From contig MTMA02000006.1 in assembly GCA_002011075.2 (NCBI GenBank), positions 69,842-93,841 on the forward strand: a stretch of DNA of 24,000 bases, read 5' to 3'. The notes beneath the pieces are model-generated. The model did no database searches. It was not told the DNA's origin and was given only the letters and a program-made list of their open reading frames with translations. Both the position numbers and the translations under genes were made by a program. The stretch comes from Candidatus Scotarchaeum otlingeri. Lineage in GTDB: Archaea > Thermoproteota > Nitrososphaeria > Geothermarchaeales > JDFR-13. Positions 1 to 8,684 of this stretch are shown here, in pieces. How positions within the stretch are numbered: position 1 is the stretch's first letter; every line of letters begins with the position of its first letter.

Positions 1-1236
1 CCCAAACACAGTTTTCAAATACTAGAGAATTGGATAAATTCACTATCTATAGATTGGGCGATTTCGCGGCATAGATACTACTCTACTGAGGTGCCAATAT
101 GGTATTGTAAGTCCTGCGGTCACCCGAACCTACCTCCACCAGGGCCCTACTACAGACCTTGGAAAGAACCTCCTCCCTTCGAGAAGTGTGAAAAATGCGG
201 TGGGACCGAGTTTATTGGAGATGAACGTACATTTGATACATGGATGGATTCCAGCGTAAGTCCATTGTATATTTCAGGGTATGGTAAAAATCAGGAGCTA
301 TTTAAGAGGACATTCCCGGTATCACTGAGACCACAAGGAATTGATATAGTTAGAACATGGCTATATTATACAATATTACGGATATACTTGTTGATGAATA
401 CAGCTCCCTTTAAAATGGTTAGGTTATCTGGCATGGGCCTAGACGAGAAAGGTAGGGCCATGAGTAAGTCATTAGGTAATATTGTAGACCCCATGCCCCT
501 TATAGAAAAATATGGTGCTGACGCTGTACGATTATGGGGAGCCTCTGAGACGAAGCTAGGTGGAAACTATAGATTTTCAGAAGATAGGGTGGATGGGGCC
601 AGAAAATTCATAACAAAACTGTGGAATGTAGCACGTTTTATCTCAATGTTCCCTGAGGAGAATAAAATTAACGAATTATGTTATCTAGACCGACTAATTA
701 TTCATGAAACTAATAATCTAATAGAAGTATGCCGCAAATCGTATGAAGAACTAGATTTCTTTGAAGCTGCCAATAGAATTAGATCATTTATATGGAATGT
801 ATTTGCTCCACATTACATAGAGTTGGTTAAAAACAGAGCTTATAATATTAATAACAAATTTACAGAGCAAGAACAATTATCGGCATGGTATACATTACAT
901 CATGTCCTAAAGGTTATTCTTCTTCTGCTTCATCCAATAACCCCTTTCATAACAGATTACATATGGCGACAATTATATAATGAGAAAGGCATTTATCAAG
1001 AACAGTTTCCATCATTGTCAAAAGTTAAAATAGGCGATGTTAATCTAAAAGATATAATGGAGCTTGATTATCGAATATGGAAATATAAACAAGACAATGG
1101 TATACCAATCAAAGGAGCACTAGACAGTATAACATTACATCCAAAATTTAAGGTTATAGCAAGGGAACTACAGACTTGTCATAATATCAAAGAAATTAAT
1201 TATAACGAATCTATCGACTTACTTAAAATAAGCTAA
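1..1236 (+). CDS. valS: Valyl-tRNA synthetase, C-terminal part, 5' truncated by the window edge
   Basis: The frame is open from base 1 and reads ...SIDWAISRHRYYSTEVPIWYCKSCG, a class Ia synthetase core that continues upstream of the track's GTG start at 91. It also has FDTWMDSS, a KMSKS-like AMSKSLGN, and an anticodon-binding region. Stop TAA at 1234-1236. Confidence 0.93.
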   Translation, partial: PKHSFQILENWINSLSIDWAISRHRYYSTEVPIWYCKSCGHPNLPPPGPYYRPWKEPPPFEKCEKCGGTEFIGDERTFDTWMDSSVSPLYISGYGKNQELFKRTFPVSLRPQGIDIVRTWLYYTILRIYLLMNTAPFKMVRLSGMGLDEKGRAMSKSLGNIVDPMPLIEKYGADAVRLWGASETKLGGNYRFSEDRVDGARKFITKLWNVARFISMFPEENKINELCYLDRLIIHETNNLIEVCRKSYEELDFFEAANRIRSFIWNVFAPHYIELVKNRAYNINNKFTEQEQLSAWYTLHHVLKVILLLLHPITPFITDYIWRQLYNEKGIYQEQFPSLSKVKIGDVNLKDIMELDYRIWKYKQDNGIPIKGALDSITLHPKFKVIARELQTCHNIKEINYNESIDLLKIS

Positions 1237-2486
1237 TAGGATAGTGCGTATCTTAATATAGCTGCTATTCCGCCGAATTGCTTAAATATTACTCCATATT
1301 CTGTTTTCGAAGAAATTAATACAATATCAAAAGCTAACTGATTTTTCAATTCATACAACATATCGATAATACTAATTTCTTCTTTGACTCTTAGATATCC
1401 ATTATCACACTTAGGACACTTTGTTCCTGCTATACCATGAACTTCTTCGATTTTAACATACTTTGTATCCGAATAACCACAGACTTCACAGTTCAGTATA
1501 ACCTTATAATATTCAAAATCTTCAATGATCATTAGCTTATCAATTATGCCATCATAAAGGTGATCTAATATAGGTTTCAATCCGTATAGAATCATAGTTG
1601 GTTTATTAGCTATATACCATAGAAACTTATCTATCAGTTTCTTTTCATATACGTATCTAACATTCTTCAAGACATCACTTGCCTTATTAACTATTTCTCT
1701 AAGTCCCTCCTCACCAGCATAATTTGTATCTATAACCTCTATAATCTTATCTCTTAACCTATAATCAATATCTGCTTGTTTAAGAAAATCATGTTTTGTG
1801 AAGCCGGGTCCCCCAACTAAGATTCCTCTAAGGCGTTGATATAAATCGGAATCTAGAAACTGGTCATTTACATGTCTAGCTATCCTATCGAAATACTGAT
1901 GCACAGCCATCTCTCTTAAACGCTCAAATCTTCTCGCAGATTGCCCGCCTGCTCTGTGTTTTCCAGGTATGCCCGAGGTATAAGTGGATAAAACCTTAAT
2001 ATTATCTCCCTCTAAAAGCCCTAAAGCCGCCTCATTTACATCGATAGATATAAGTCCATATACTTCTTTTTCCATGAGAGTTTTTTCTAGATGTTCAACA
2101 TGAAAATGGTCATCACAGCGATATAAGTTCAAATTTAGTGGTTCGGGAGGTACAACTACATATATTTCCATTTTTTCTGAACCAGGTCCATTTTGAGGAA
2201 TTGCTCCACAAAAAACGGCTAATCCGTTTTCCGGTGATACATCAAAATATTTAAGCCTCTCCATAACCTTAACCAAGGCATCTTGTACATTCTTTCTTGT
2301 TTGATCTGATTTTATATTAGAGGCGGTTGAATATTCCTCTCTTAAATAGCTAATCACATCACTAATCCTCTTGTTAGGAGGAATATATAAGCTAATCAAT
2401 TCTGTTCCTCTTCCCTCCTTCTTTTTTAATTCACTAATCAACTTTCTTAATTTATGCTTTTCTATTGGATTTATTTTTGTAGCCAA
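1233..2486 (-). CDS. prf1: Peptide chain release factor aRF1
   Basis: NIKS motif (SNIKSDQTRKN), GGQ motif (GKHRAGGQSARRF), and a C-terminal CxxC...CxxC element (CEVCGY...CPKC). TTG start preceded by GGTGA. Confidence 0.96.
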   Translation of the reverse strand: MATKINPIEKHKLRKLISELKKKEGRGTELISLYIPPNKRISDVISYLREEYSTASNIKSDQTRKNVQDALVKVMERLKYFDVSPENGLAVFCGAIPQNGPGSEKMEIYVVVPPEPLNLNLYRCDDHFHVEHLEKTLMEKEVYGLISIDVNEAALGLLEGDNIKVLSTYTSGIPGKHRAGGQSARRFERLREMAVHQYFDRIARHVNDQFLDSDLYQRLRGILVGGPGFTKHDFLKQADIDYRLRDKIIEVIDTNYAGEEGLREIVNKASDVLKNVRYVYEKKLIDKFLWYIANKPTMILYGLKPILDHLYDGIIDKLMIIEDFEYYKVILNCEVCGYSDTKYVKIEEVHGIAGTKCPKCDNGYLRVKEEISIIDMLYELKNQLAFDIVLISSKTEYGVIFKQFGGIAAILRYALSY

Positions 2487-2589
2487 TCTAATTCACCAAT
2501 CCTTTAGAGAGTTGATTATTTAGACACCTATTTAAGAGTAACTGCATATTTTTATTTTTAACTCTCCAACATGTATTTAGGCGTTAACA

Positions 2590-3267
2590 ATGAACATATA
2601 TGTTGTTATTAAATTAACTGGGCATTTATTCGATAGCTCTAACATGCTGTCTGAACTGAATCAAATCATTCAGACTCTAAAAAGTTATACTGAAAAGGAT
2701 TATATTTTTGTTTTAGTGACTGGAGGAGGTCAAATAGCAAGGAAACATATCAAATATTTACGAGATATGGGTATAAATGAATATTATCTAGATAAAATAG
2801 GTATTACTGTAACCCGATTGAATGCCGAAATACTTATTAGATTACTCGGAGTTGACGCTTATCCACAACCCCTTATTTCTATAGACAATCTTCTAAGTAA
2901 TATTGGAAAAAAGGTTTTCTATGTCATGGGCGGTATAATTCCCGGAATTTCCACTAATGCGGTAGCAGCATTATCTGCAGAAGCATTATCCGCAAAGCTG
3001 TTTATCAATACAACGATTTCAGGAGGGGTTTTTAATAAGGACCCTGAAAAATACAAAGATGCAAAGTTATTGAAGACTATTGAAATAAATCGCTTATACG
3101 ACATAATTAGCGAATATGAAAAAGCAGGACATTATCCATTATTAGATAGACTTTCGATCAATATCATTAGAAGATCAAGAATACCCACATATATAATTTA
3201 CCCAAAAGCTGACTATATAGCAGAGGTTTTGGAGGGAAAAAACCCCGGTACAAAGGTGATAACGTAA
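2590..3267 (+). CDS. pyrH: Uridylate kinase (archaeal UMP kinase, amino acid kinase fold)
   Basis: VIKLTGHLF N-terminus, VTGGGQIARKHI, GISTNAVAALSAEALSA, INTTISGGVFNKDPEKYKDAKLL. Confidence 0.88.
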   Translation: MNIYVVIKLTGHLFDSSNMLSELNQIIQTLKSYTEKDYIFVLVTGGGQIARKHIKYLRDMGINEYYLDKIGITVTRLNAEILIRLLGVDAYPQPLISIDNLLSNIGKKVFYVMGGIIPGISTNAVAALSAEALSAKLFINTTISGGVFNKDPEKYKDAKLLKTIEINRLYDIISEYEKAGHYPLLDRLSINIIRRSRIPTYIIYPKADYIAEVLEGKNPGTKVIT

Positions 3268-3326
3268 TATTAAGAATTTTATCTTGATAAAAAATACATT
3301 AAATATTATTGGTGGTACACCGGAGA

Positions 3327-3845
3327 ATGACTGCTCTAGGTAAGAAGGAGCTCCTACATCTAATCGAAGATGGTATAATAAAGATAGAACCATTTGACAA
3401 AGACCAAATCGGGCCTGGGTCTATAGACCTTAGGCTAGGAAATAAATTTAGAACATTCAAAAAAGTACATAACATCTTTTATGTAAAAAACGATGTAGAC
3501 CACCGGGAAATAACACAGCTAATTGAGGTTAACCAAGGCGATTATTTCCTAATTATGCCAGGTGAATTAGTACATGGTATAACACTGGAACGCATAGAAT
3601 TACCAAACTGGTTATCCGGAAGAATTGAAGGCAGATCTAGATTGGCGCGCATCGGATTACTTACACACTTAAGTAGCGGCTATGTTCATCCAGGTACAAA
3701 AGGAAAAATAGTACTCGAAATAGTTAATGTATCACCCATACCTTTAGCATTATACCCTGGGATAAAAATATGTCAGTTGGTTATAGAAAAAGTAGAGGGC
3801 GGCGAAGCATATAGAGGTAGATTCCACGAACAAGAATCACCGTAA
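3327..3845 (+). CDS. dcd: dCTP deaminase / dUTPase-family protein
   Basis: IGPGSIDLRLGNKF, GRSRLARIGLLTHLSSGYVHPGTKGKIVLEIVN, LYPGIKICQLVIEKV. The ATG at 3327 is preferred over the track's TTG at 3309, with GGTGGT upstream. Confidence 0.83.
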   Translation: MTALGKKELLHLIEDGIIKIEPFDKDQIGPGSIDLRLGNKFRTFKKVHNIFYVKNDVDHREITQLIEVNQGDYFLIMPGELVHGITLERIELPNWLSGRIEGRSRLARIGLLTHLSSGYVHPGTKGKIVLEIVNVSPIPLALYPGIKICQLVIEKVEGGEAYRGRFHEQESP

Positions 3846-3887
3846 AAACTTTATTAGTCAAATTATGAAAGTTATAGTGGATAATAG

Positions 3888-4014
3888 GCGGGGGTTCCCC
3901 TAGCCTGGCCAACGGGGGCGGACACAAAATATGGCCTAAACTCAAGATCCAGGCATGGGATGGGGTATCCGCTGGCGTAGGCCTTCGTGGGTTCGAATCC
4001 CACCCCCCGCACCA
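3888..4014 (+). tRNA. tRNA-Leu, probable anticodon CAA, interrupted by two probable introns; 3' CCA encoded
   Basis: Acceptor GCGGGGG (3888-3894) pairs with CCCCCGC, followed by A73 and CCA. T arm GTGGG-TTCGAAT-CCCAC. Long variable arm GGC-GTAG-GCC. GCGGA (3918-3922) pairs with TCCGC (3968-3972), and CTCAAG (3941-3946) is the likely anticodon-loop exon. Proposed introns ~3923-3940 and ~3947-3966; boundaries are ambiguous by one or a few nt. Confidence 0.82.
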
Positions 4015-4029
4015 TAATCAAACACCTTA

Positions 4030-4428
4030 CTATATCGATATATAAACAACCTTTACCTGCTGTATTCCTCTTAATCCTCTTATTCTCCCTATTAAACTTC
4101 GAATTCTATTTATCTTTCCTTCAGTTATTAATATCTCGAGACAATGCTCCTTACCTATATGTCTATGAAGATTTTCAATGATAATATCGTCATATTCATG
4201 CCTTAGGTCTGTGAGTTTTCTGTCGATATCTTTTCTTGGATTTTCATAAATAACCATTATAGTTGAAGCGGCCTTATCAGCATCTTCTCTTAGATACTCT
4301 GTTTCCTCTATAATGCTCCGTATAGCATCTCTGAAAGCCTCTGATCTGCTATAATATCCCCGTGTTTCTACCAGCTTATCTATTTTTTTAAGTAACTCTG
4401 GTGGGAGAGTTATACTTACAACAACCAT
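4030..4428 (-). CDS. nikR: NikR-like ribbon-helix-helix transcriptional regulator with C-terminal ACT-like metal-binding domain
   Basis: RHH N-terminus (VVVSITLPPELLKKIDKLVETRGYYSRSEAFRDAIRSII) and C-terminal H-x10-LHRH-x5-CLEIL, matching NikR ligand spacing H76/H87/H89/C95. The ATG at 4428 is preferred over the track's TTG at 4440. Confidence 0.85.
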   Translation of the reverse strand: MVVVSITLPPELLKKIDKLVETRGYYSRSEAFRDAIRSIIEETEYLREDADKAASTIMVIYENPRKDIDRKLTDLRHEYDDIIIENLHRHIGKEHCLEILITEGKINRIRSLIGRIRGLRGIQQVKVVYISI

Positions 4429-4447
4429 CTTTGACACCAATATTATG

Positions 4448-4458
4448 ATTATATAAAG
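4448..4458 (-). promoter_or_regulatory. Putative TATA box for the nikR-like gene
   Basis: On the minus strand the sequence reads CTTTATATAAT, centred about 25 nt upstream of the proposed ATG at 4428, consistent with a leaderless transcript. Confidence 0.4.
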
Positions 4459-4555
4459 CTATTAATATTCTAATAATATTTTTGCTCAATATTTTAGCAA
4501 CATATTAATATAGATAATATCAGATTAGAATCCTCAGGAAGGTGGTGATAATCTA

Positions 4556-6475
4556 ATGTCTGAACACATAGATGCTTCTGAAGGAAACATTTGGGTTTAC
4601 GCCATTATAATTATGGCTTTTACTATGTCCTTCTCATTTATATTAGACAAAGCAATGTTAAATATCCCTATTAACATCAGTTTAATTTCATTTATTTTTG
4701 AAGCTACTCTGGGCGAATTACTGCTGCAGATTGCTATAACACTTTTAGGATTATATATAGGCTATATAGGATTAAAAGAGTTGCTTTTTGAGAAAAGATT
4801 TTCAGTAGAATTCTTAATGAGCATCGCATCCATAGGAGCATTGTATATAGGTTTCTTATATGAAGCCGCTATGGTCTTATTTTTGTATTCAATAGCCGAG
4901 TTTTTTGAGGATTATATTGAAGACAGAGCCAAACGTACAATAGAGTCTCTCTCTAAATATATGCCTGAAACCGCACGTGTTATCGAAGATGGAAAAGAAA
5001 GGATATGTGGCATAAAGGAGGTATCACCAGGCTCGATAATCCTTATACGTCCGGGTGAGCGTATTCCATTGGACGGTATCATAATAGAAGGATTTTCATA
5101 TATAGATCAAGCTCCAGTTACTGGAGAATCCATGCCCATCCCCAAGAAAAAAGGAGATGAAGTTTACGGAGGCACGCTAAACATAGATGGCGTTATAAAG
5201 ATACGGGTAACAAAACCATCTGATAAGACACTTATATCGAGAATAATTAAGCTTGTTACAGAGTCAAGAGCTAGGAAAGCTAAAATGGAACAAATAGTTA
5301 AACGGGTTGCACGTATATATGTACCGCTCGTTATCATATCAGCTATACTGACAATATTAATTGGTACCAATTTCTTAACCAGTAATTTAAATACATGGAT
5401 TTATAGATCCCTTATATTGCTTGTAATCGCTTGTCCTAGTGCCTTCATAATCTCAGTTCCTGCAACCTTCTTTTCTGCATTGACACTTGCAGCAAGAAAA
5501 GGTGTAGTAATAAAAGGCGGCATCTACATTGAAAAATTATCTGAGATAAAAGCTGTTGTGTTTGATAAAACGGGTACATTAACATTCGGTTCACCCGAAA
5601 TATATATAGATTGCCAAAATACACATATTGAAAATATGGAATATCTAAGATATGCCGCTGCATTAGAGCAATATTCAAATCACCCTGTTGCACAAGCGAT
5701 AATAAAGAAGGCAATAGAGATAAATTTGGACTATAAAGATTTGAAAGTCCAGAATATAACCGAGATACCTGGTAAAGGCGTAATTGGAGATGTAAACGGT
5801 GTGGAAATAGGAATAGGTAGATACGAGCTAATGGAGATACCGGATAGGGCCCCCTTAGACAAAAGTGAAGATGGCGATGGCCATACTAAAGTATACATAT
5901 TTTATAATAAGAACTTAGCTGCTCAATTATGTTTAGCAGATAAAGTCAGGGAAGACGCGGTGGTGGCTGTAAAAGAACTCAAGGAAATGGGGCTTCATAC
6001 GATAATATTAACAGGAGACAAAGAATATGTAACTAAAGAAATAGCTGAAGTATTAGGCGTGGATGAAGCATATTCAGAATTACTTCCCGAAGATAAATTA
6101 ACCTTAATATCAAAAATTAGAGATAAATATGGCACTGTAGCTATGGTTGGAGACGGAGTAAATGATGCCCCAGCATTAGCCTCGGCTGACATCGGAATAG
6201 CAATGGGGGGTACAGGCGTAGATGTCGCCCTTGAATCAGCGGATGTAGTCTTAGTAAAAGATGAGCTTCAACAGATTCCGTACCTATATCGATTGAGCAA
6301 AAAAGCTATGAGAATAGCAAAGGAGAACATAGTTGTTTCCTTAGGTACAAAGATATTCTTAGGAATCTTGGGTATTATGGGATTAATCCCATTATGGTTC
6401 GCTGTAGCAGTAGGAGACGATGGAATAACCATGCTCCTATTATTAAATATTTTAAGACAAGGAACCATCAAATAA
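4556..6475 (+). CDS. P1B-type heavy-metal transporting ATPase with CPS transmembrane motif and no N-terminal HMA domain
   Basis: TGES, IACPSAF, DKTGTLTFGS, YSNHPVAQA, AMVGDGVNDAPALASADIGIAMG, TM7 NIVVSLGTKIFL, TM8 AVGDDG. Good ribosome-binding site GGAAGGTGGTGAT. Confidence 0.93.
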   Translation: MSEHIDASEGNIWVYAIIIMAFTMSFSFILDKAMLNIPINISLISFIFEATLGELLLQIAITLLGLYIGYIGLKELLFEKRFSVEFLMSIASIGALYIGFLYEAAMVLFLYSIAEFFEDYIEDRAKRTIESLSKYMPETARVIEDGKERICGIKEVSPGSIILIRPGERIPLDGIIIEGFSYIDQAPVTGESMPIPKKKGDEVYGGTLNIDGVIKIRVTKPSDKTLISRIIKLVTESRARKAKMEQIVKRVARIYVPLVIISAILTILIGTNFLTSNLNTWIYRSLILLVIACPSAFIISVPATFFSALTLAARKGVVIKGGIYIEKLSEIKAVVFDKTGTLTFGSPEIYIDCQNTHIENMEYLRYAAALEQYSNHPVAQAIIKKAIEINLDYKDLKVQNITEIPGKGVIGDVNGVEIGIGRYELMEIPDRAPLDKSEDGDGHTKVYIFYNKNLAAQLCLADKVREDAVVAVKELKEMGLHTIILTGDKEYVTKEIAEVLGVDEAYSELLPEDKLTLISKIRDKYGTVAMVGDGVNDAPALASADIGIAMGGTGVDVALESADVVLVKDELQQIPYLYRLSKKAMRIAKENIVVSLGTKIFLGILGIMGLIPLWFAVAVGDDGITMLLLLNILRQGTIK

Positions 6476-6598
6476 CCCTTTTATAGTAATACTTACACCT
6501 ATATATCCTATTTATCACATCTAAAAATAATAATTATTATGATGATCGCTTCTATTCACTTGTAACTTTTAATTTGTTTAAATAGGTAAATTATTTTG

Positions 6599-7381
6599 AT
6601 GAAGATTATAGCCATTTTATCAGATTTTGGATATGACGATTACTATGTTCCAGCTATGAAAGCAGTAATATTATCAATAAATAATAATGTCCAAATAATC
6701 GATATCACCCATAAAGTAAAAAGATGGGATATTATAGACGGAGCCTTTAAATTATATCTTATAACTCCATATCTACCTAAGGATACAATAGTATTGGCGG
6801 TTGTTGACCCGGGCGTTGGAACGCCGCGATTGCCAATTGTCATTAAAACTAAAAATCTATTCTTTGTCGGTCCCGATAATGGATTAATGGCTCTTGCAGC
6901 TGAGCGAGACGGAATAGAAGAGATACATTTAATAGAGAACGAAAGATATATGTTGAAAAATAGGTCCACATTCGATGGAAGAGACGTGTTTGCCCCTATA
7001 GCGGCTCATATATCATTAGGTGCCTCATTGGCCTCTATAGGCCGTCCTCTAACTAATATAAAACCCCTTAATATACCTAAGGCCCAATTTTACAACAATA
7101 AAATTGTAGCTAATGTGCTTCATATAGACTATTTTGGAAATATTATACTGAATATACCATGTAATAAATTCAAAAAATGGATTAGAGATAAAAAATTTAT
7201 AATCATAAAGGTTAAAGAGAGATATATAAAAGCCAAAGTATCTCGCTCATACGAAGAATTAAGCGGTGATTATGGCTTAATATGTGGAGGTACAGGTTTT
7301 ATAGAGATATCTCTGTATAAAAACAGCGCCGCTTCTCTATTAAAGGTAGAGAGGATGGATAATATCGTTTTACAGTTCTAA
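6599..7381 (+). CDS. SAM hydroxide adenosyltransferase family protein (DUF62)
   Basis: AILSDFGYDDYYVPAMKAV, VVDPGVGT, FVGPDNGL, STFDGRDVFAPIAAHISLG. The ATG at 6599 is in frame just after the track's TTG. Confidence 0.88.
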   Translation: MKIIAILSDFGYDDYYVPAMKAVILSINNNVQIIDITHKVKRWDIIDGAFKLYLITPYLPKDTIVLAVVDPGVGTPRLPIVIKTKNLFFVGPDNGLMALAAERDGIEEIHLIENERYMLKNRSTFDGRDVFAPIAAHISLGASLASIGRPLTNIKPLNIPKAQFYNNKIVANVLHIDYFGNIILNIPCNKFKKWIRDKKFIIIKVKERYIKAKVSRSYEELSGDYGLICGGTGFIEISLYKNSAASLLKVERMDNIVLQF

Positions 7382-8646
7382 ACTAAACTATTTAGAAACT
7401 CCATCAATTTATCAAATTTAATCGTAATCTGTTTCTCCTTCTTCATGTCTCTTATAGTAACCCGCATATTCTCTTTTTCTTCCCTTCCCACAATAATTAC
7501 ATAATCAAAGCCCCGTTTAGACGCTGTTTCCATCTGTTTCCTAAGCTTCTTATCTGATAAATTTATATCACAAATAAGTCCATAATTACGGACCATTTTA
7601 GCTATTTTAAAGGCATAGTCATATAACTCTTTATTCACAACAGCTATAAATACTGATTTCATCTTAACCTTATCCCATGGTCTCTTTCCATGTTTTTCCA
7701 ATGATAGTATTAGCCTTTCAACCCCGCCAGCCGCTCCAAAAGCGGTGATATTGCTGCCAAACACTCTAGGCAGCCTATTATAAGCTCCTCCCCCACATAG
7801 CGCACCTATATTGGGATACTGAGTATCATAAACTTCAAAAACAATACCATCATAATAATCTAATCCCCTAACAATACTGAGGTCAATCTTAATAGGTATA
7901 TTAAGACTCTTAAGTATATCATATGCACAATAAAGAGGCCCTTCATAACCAACCTCTTTCGAAAGACTATTGATTTCTTCGCTACTTTTGCTACGAGTTA
8001 ACAACTTAATAAATTCCGCTGCACTATCCTCGTTAACTCCATATTTCACCAATTGATCTACTATCTTCTTTTCTCCAACCTTGGGTAATTTATCTATAGT
8101 TCTCATTAATTCATTAGTGGCATCTAAATTTAGATATTTTGTTATGAGTTTCTCTATTAATTTTCTATCTGAAATCCTGAATTCATATCTGCTTAACTCC
8201 ACTTTCTTCATTAACTGGTCGATAAACATTATGGTCTCAACTGTAGAATTCTCTTCATCACCTCCATATATTTCTACATCCCATGCATAAAAACTCCTGT
8301 ATCTTCCATATTGAGGCTCATCATATCTCCATTGGACAGAAAAAGCTCCAAGTTTAATGGGCTTGGGTAGCTCAGGATTACTAACTACATATCTTGTCAA
8401 TCCTACAGTCAAATCAAATCGTAATCCTAGCATTCTTCCAGCTTTATCTTTAAATGTATAAATTTCCTTTTCGATATCTGGCCCCGATTTCAACGCTAAT
8501 GTATCAAACATTTCAATAGTAGCAGGCTCCATTATTTTGAATCCATATATCTCGGCGGTTTCTATAAATTTTTCATAGATATATTTAAAAGCAGAATATT
8601 TGGTAGGCTCTATATCTCTAATTCCCCTAGGTAACCTAAGCTTCAT
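7378..8646 (-). CDS. hisS: Histidyl-tRNA synthetase
   Basis: LPRGIRDIEPTKYSAF, LRFDLTVGLTRYV, QWRYDEPQYGRYRSFYAWDVEIYG, VRGLDYYDGIVFEV, GGGAYNRL, GAAGGVERLI. Confidence 0.96.
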   Translation of the reverse strand: MKLRLPRGIRDIEPTKYSAFKYIYEKFIETAEIYGFKIMEPATIEMFDTLALKSGPDIEKEIYTFKDKAGRMLGLRFDLTVGLTRYVVSNPELPKPIKLGAFSVQWRYDEPQYGRYRSFYAWDVEIYGGDEENSTVETIMFIDQLMKKVELSRYEFRISDRKLIEKLITKYLNLDATNELMRTIDKLPKVGEKKIVDQLVKYGVNEDSAAEFIKLLTRSKSSEEINSLSKEVGYEGPLYCAYDILKSLNIPIKIDLSIVRGLDYYDGIVFEVYDTQYPNIGALCGGGAYNRLPRVFGSNITAFGAAGGVERLILSLEKHGKRPWDKVKMKSVFIAVVNKELYDYAFKIAKMVRNYGLICDINLSDKKLRKQMETASKRGFDYVIIVGREEKENMRVTIRDMKKEKQITIKFDKLMEFLNSLV

Positions 8647-8684
8647 TAATTATCTACCTCATCCAAAGTAGATATCCAATCAAG

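Noticed and set aside
3888-4014. Possibility that the tRNA-Leu gene is a degraded pseudogene
   Set aside because: The acceptor, T arm, variable arm and CCA are all intact, and the insert divides cleanly around a Leu-CAA loop. Introns explain it better, but RNA data are needed.
3987-4181. 64-aa plus-strand ORF MGSNPTPRTIIKHLTIS...
   Set aside because: It starts inside the T arm of tRNA-Leu and runs antisense into the nikR-like gene, so it is a chance ORF.
5164-6471. Several antisense ORFs over the P-type ATPase
   Set aside because: Low-complexity shadow ORFs of a strongly supported coding sequence.
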